Below are positions 62,917 through 64,000 of a DNA stretch of 64,000 bases, in pieces. Source of the stretch: Podarcis muralis (Eukaryota). Numbering within the stretch: position 1 is the first letter of the stretch; each line of letters opens with the position of its first letter. The notes under the pieces are model-generated. The model did no database searches. It had not been told where the DNA came from and saw only the letters and a program-made list of their open reading frames with translations. Both the position numbers and the translations under genes were made by a program. The stretch lies in the NCBI RefSeq assembly GCF_964188315.1, contig NC_135656.1, positions 109,492,001 to 109,556,000 of the forward strand, in the 5' to 3' direction.

Positions 62917-64000
62917 CAGTGGTGCCTCGCAAGACGAAATTAATTCGTTCCGCAAGTCTCTTCGTCTTGCGGTTTTTTCGTCTTGCGATGCACGGTTTCC
63001 CATAGGAATGCATTGAAAATCAATTAATGCGTTCCTAGGGAAACCGCCTTCAGACCAGGTCCGGGGACAGACTGTCCCCGGACCTCTTCTGAAGGCTGGG
63101 GGGGGGGGACAAGGGCTTTTCTTCCCACCCCCAGCATTTTAAAAAACCCTGGGACAGCGGAGGACTTCTCCGCTGTCCGGGCGATCTTAAAATGCTGGCG
63201 GGCGGCATTTTAAAATCGCCCCGGGACAGCGGAGGACTTCTCCGCTGTCCGGGGCGATTTAAAAGCCCCTGGGAAGGCAGGCAGGGGGGGCAAAGACTTT
63301 CGCCCCCTGCCCGCCTTCAGAAGGTGTTCCCGCCCCCCGCCCCGCTTCGGAACAGCGTTCCGAAGTGGGGCGGCTGGGGCAGGTCTTCCCGCCCCCCCCT
63401 CCCCGCTGCGGAACAGCGTTCCGAAGTGGGGCGGCTGGGGCAGGTGTCCCCGCCCCCCCTCCCCGCTTCGGAACAGCGTTCCGAAGTGGGGCGGCTGGGG
63501 CAGGTGATCCCGCCCCCCCTCCCCGCTTCGGAACAGCGTTCCGAAGTGGGGCGGCTGGGGCAGGTCTTCCCGCCCCCCCTCCCCGCTTCGGAACAGCGTT
63601 CCGAAGTGGGGCGGCTGGGGCAGGTGTCCCCGCCCCCCCTCCCCGCTTCGGAACAGCGTTCCGAAGTGGGGCGGCTGGGGCAGGTGATCCCGCCCCCCCT
63701 CCCCGCTTCGGAACAGCGTTCCGAAGTGGGACGGCTGGGGCAGGTCTTCCCGCCCCCCCTCCCCGCTGCGGAACAGCGTTCCGAAGTGGGGCGGCTGGGG
63801 CAGGTGATCCCGCCCCCCCTCCCCGCTTCGGAACAGCGTTCCGAAGTGGGGAGGCTGGGGCAGGTCTTCCCGCCCCCCCTCCCCGCTTCGGAACAGCGTT
63901 CCGAAGTGGGGCGGCTGGGGCAGGTCTTCCCGCCCCCCCTCCCCGCTTCGGAACAGCGTTCCGAAGTGGGGCGGCTGGGGCAGGTGTCCCCGCCCCCCCT
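62917..64000. mobile_element. Tc1/mariner (Tigger-like) non-autonomous element with internal minisatellite, runs off the window
   Basis: TA|CAGTGGTGCCTCGCAAGACG terminus. The first about 200 bp are the reverse complement of about 36850-37059. Confidence 0.85.
63330..64000. repeat. 60-bp GC-rich minisatellite, at least 11 units, each with a 14-bp hairpin
   Basis: Successive 60-nt lines align exactly. ccccgcttcggaac-agc-gttccgaagtgggg in each unit. Confidence 0.95.

Noticed and set aside
63330-64000. CRISPR-like array of palindromic repeats
   Set aside because: No unique spacers (only a few recurring variants), no cas genes, vertebrate context; it is a minisatellite.

Overview
Eukaryotic genomic DNA, inferred to be from a squamate and most likely a lacertid lizard (Sauria SINEs, BovB/RTE, CR1, L2, L1, Penelope). 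It holds a + strand tandem cluster of four vomeronasal type-2 receptor (V2R, class C GPCR) genes, which I reconstructed by hand from GT-AG boundaries and splice phases. A (15152-23543, 856 aa), B (26439-33130, 869 aa) and C (39490-49109, 860 aa) are complete and in frame. D (52464-61348) has exons 1-5 here and exon 6 should lie beyond the window. Upstream, a spliced single-IgV receptor gene can be assembled (5449-12194, 219 aa) that the ORF track shows only in part. Highlights: (1) two identical minimal hammerhead ribozymes in tandem, on the sense strand of the last intron of V2R-C, in the geometry needed for a double hammerhead; (2) V2R-B is followed by a second intact, strongly diverged 7TM terminal exon, suggesting one ectodomain with alternative 7TM modules; (3) the IgV gene has a CEACAM/SLAM-like V domain, an LRC-type Arg-containing TM and a duplicated stop-containing exon that could give a secreted form; (4) a Ty1/copia relic, a Penelope element with inverted pLTR, cargo-carrying hAT elements and a 60-bp hairpin minisatellite. 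All calls come from reading the sequence; no database search or folding program was run.
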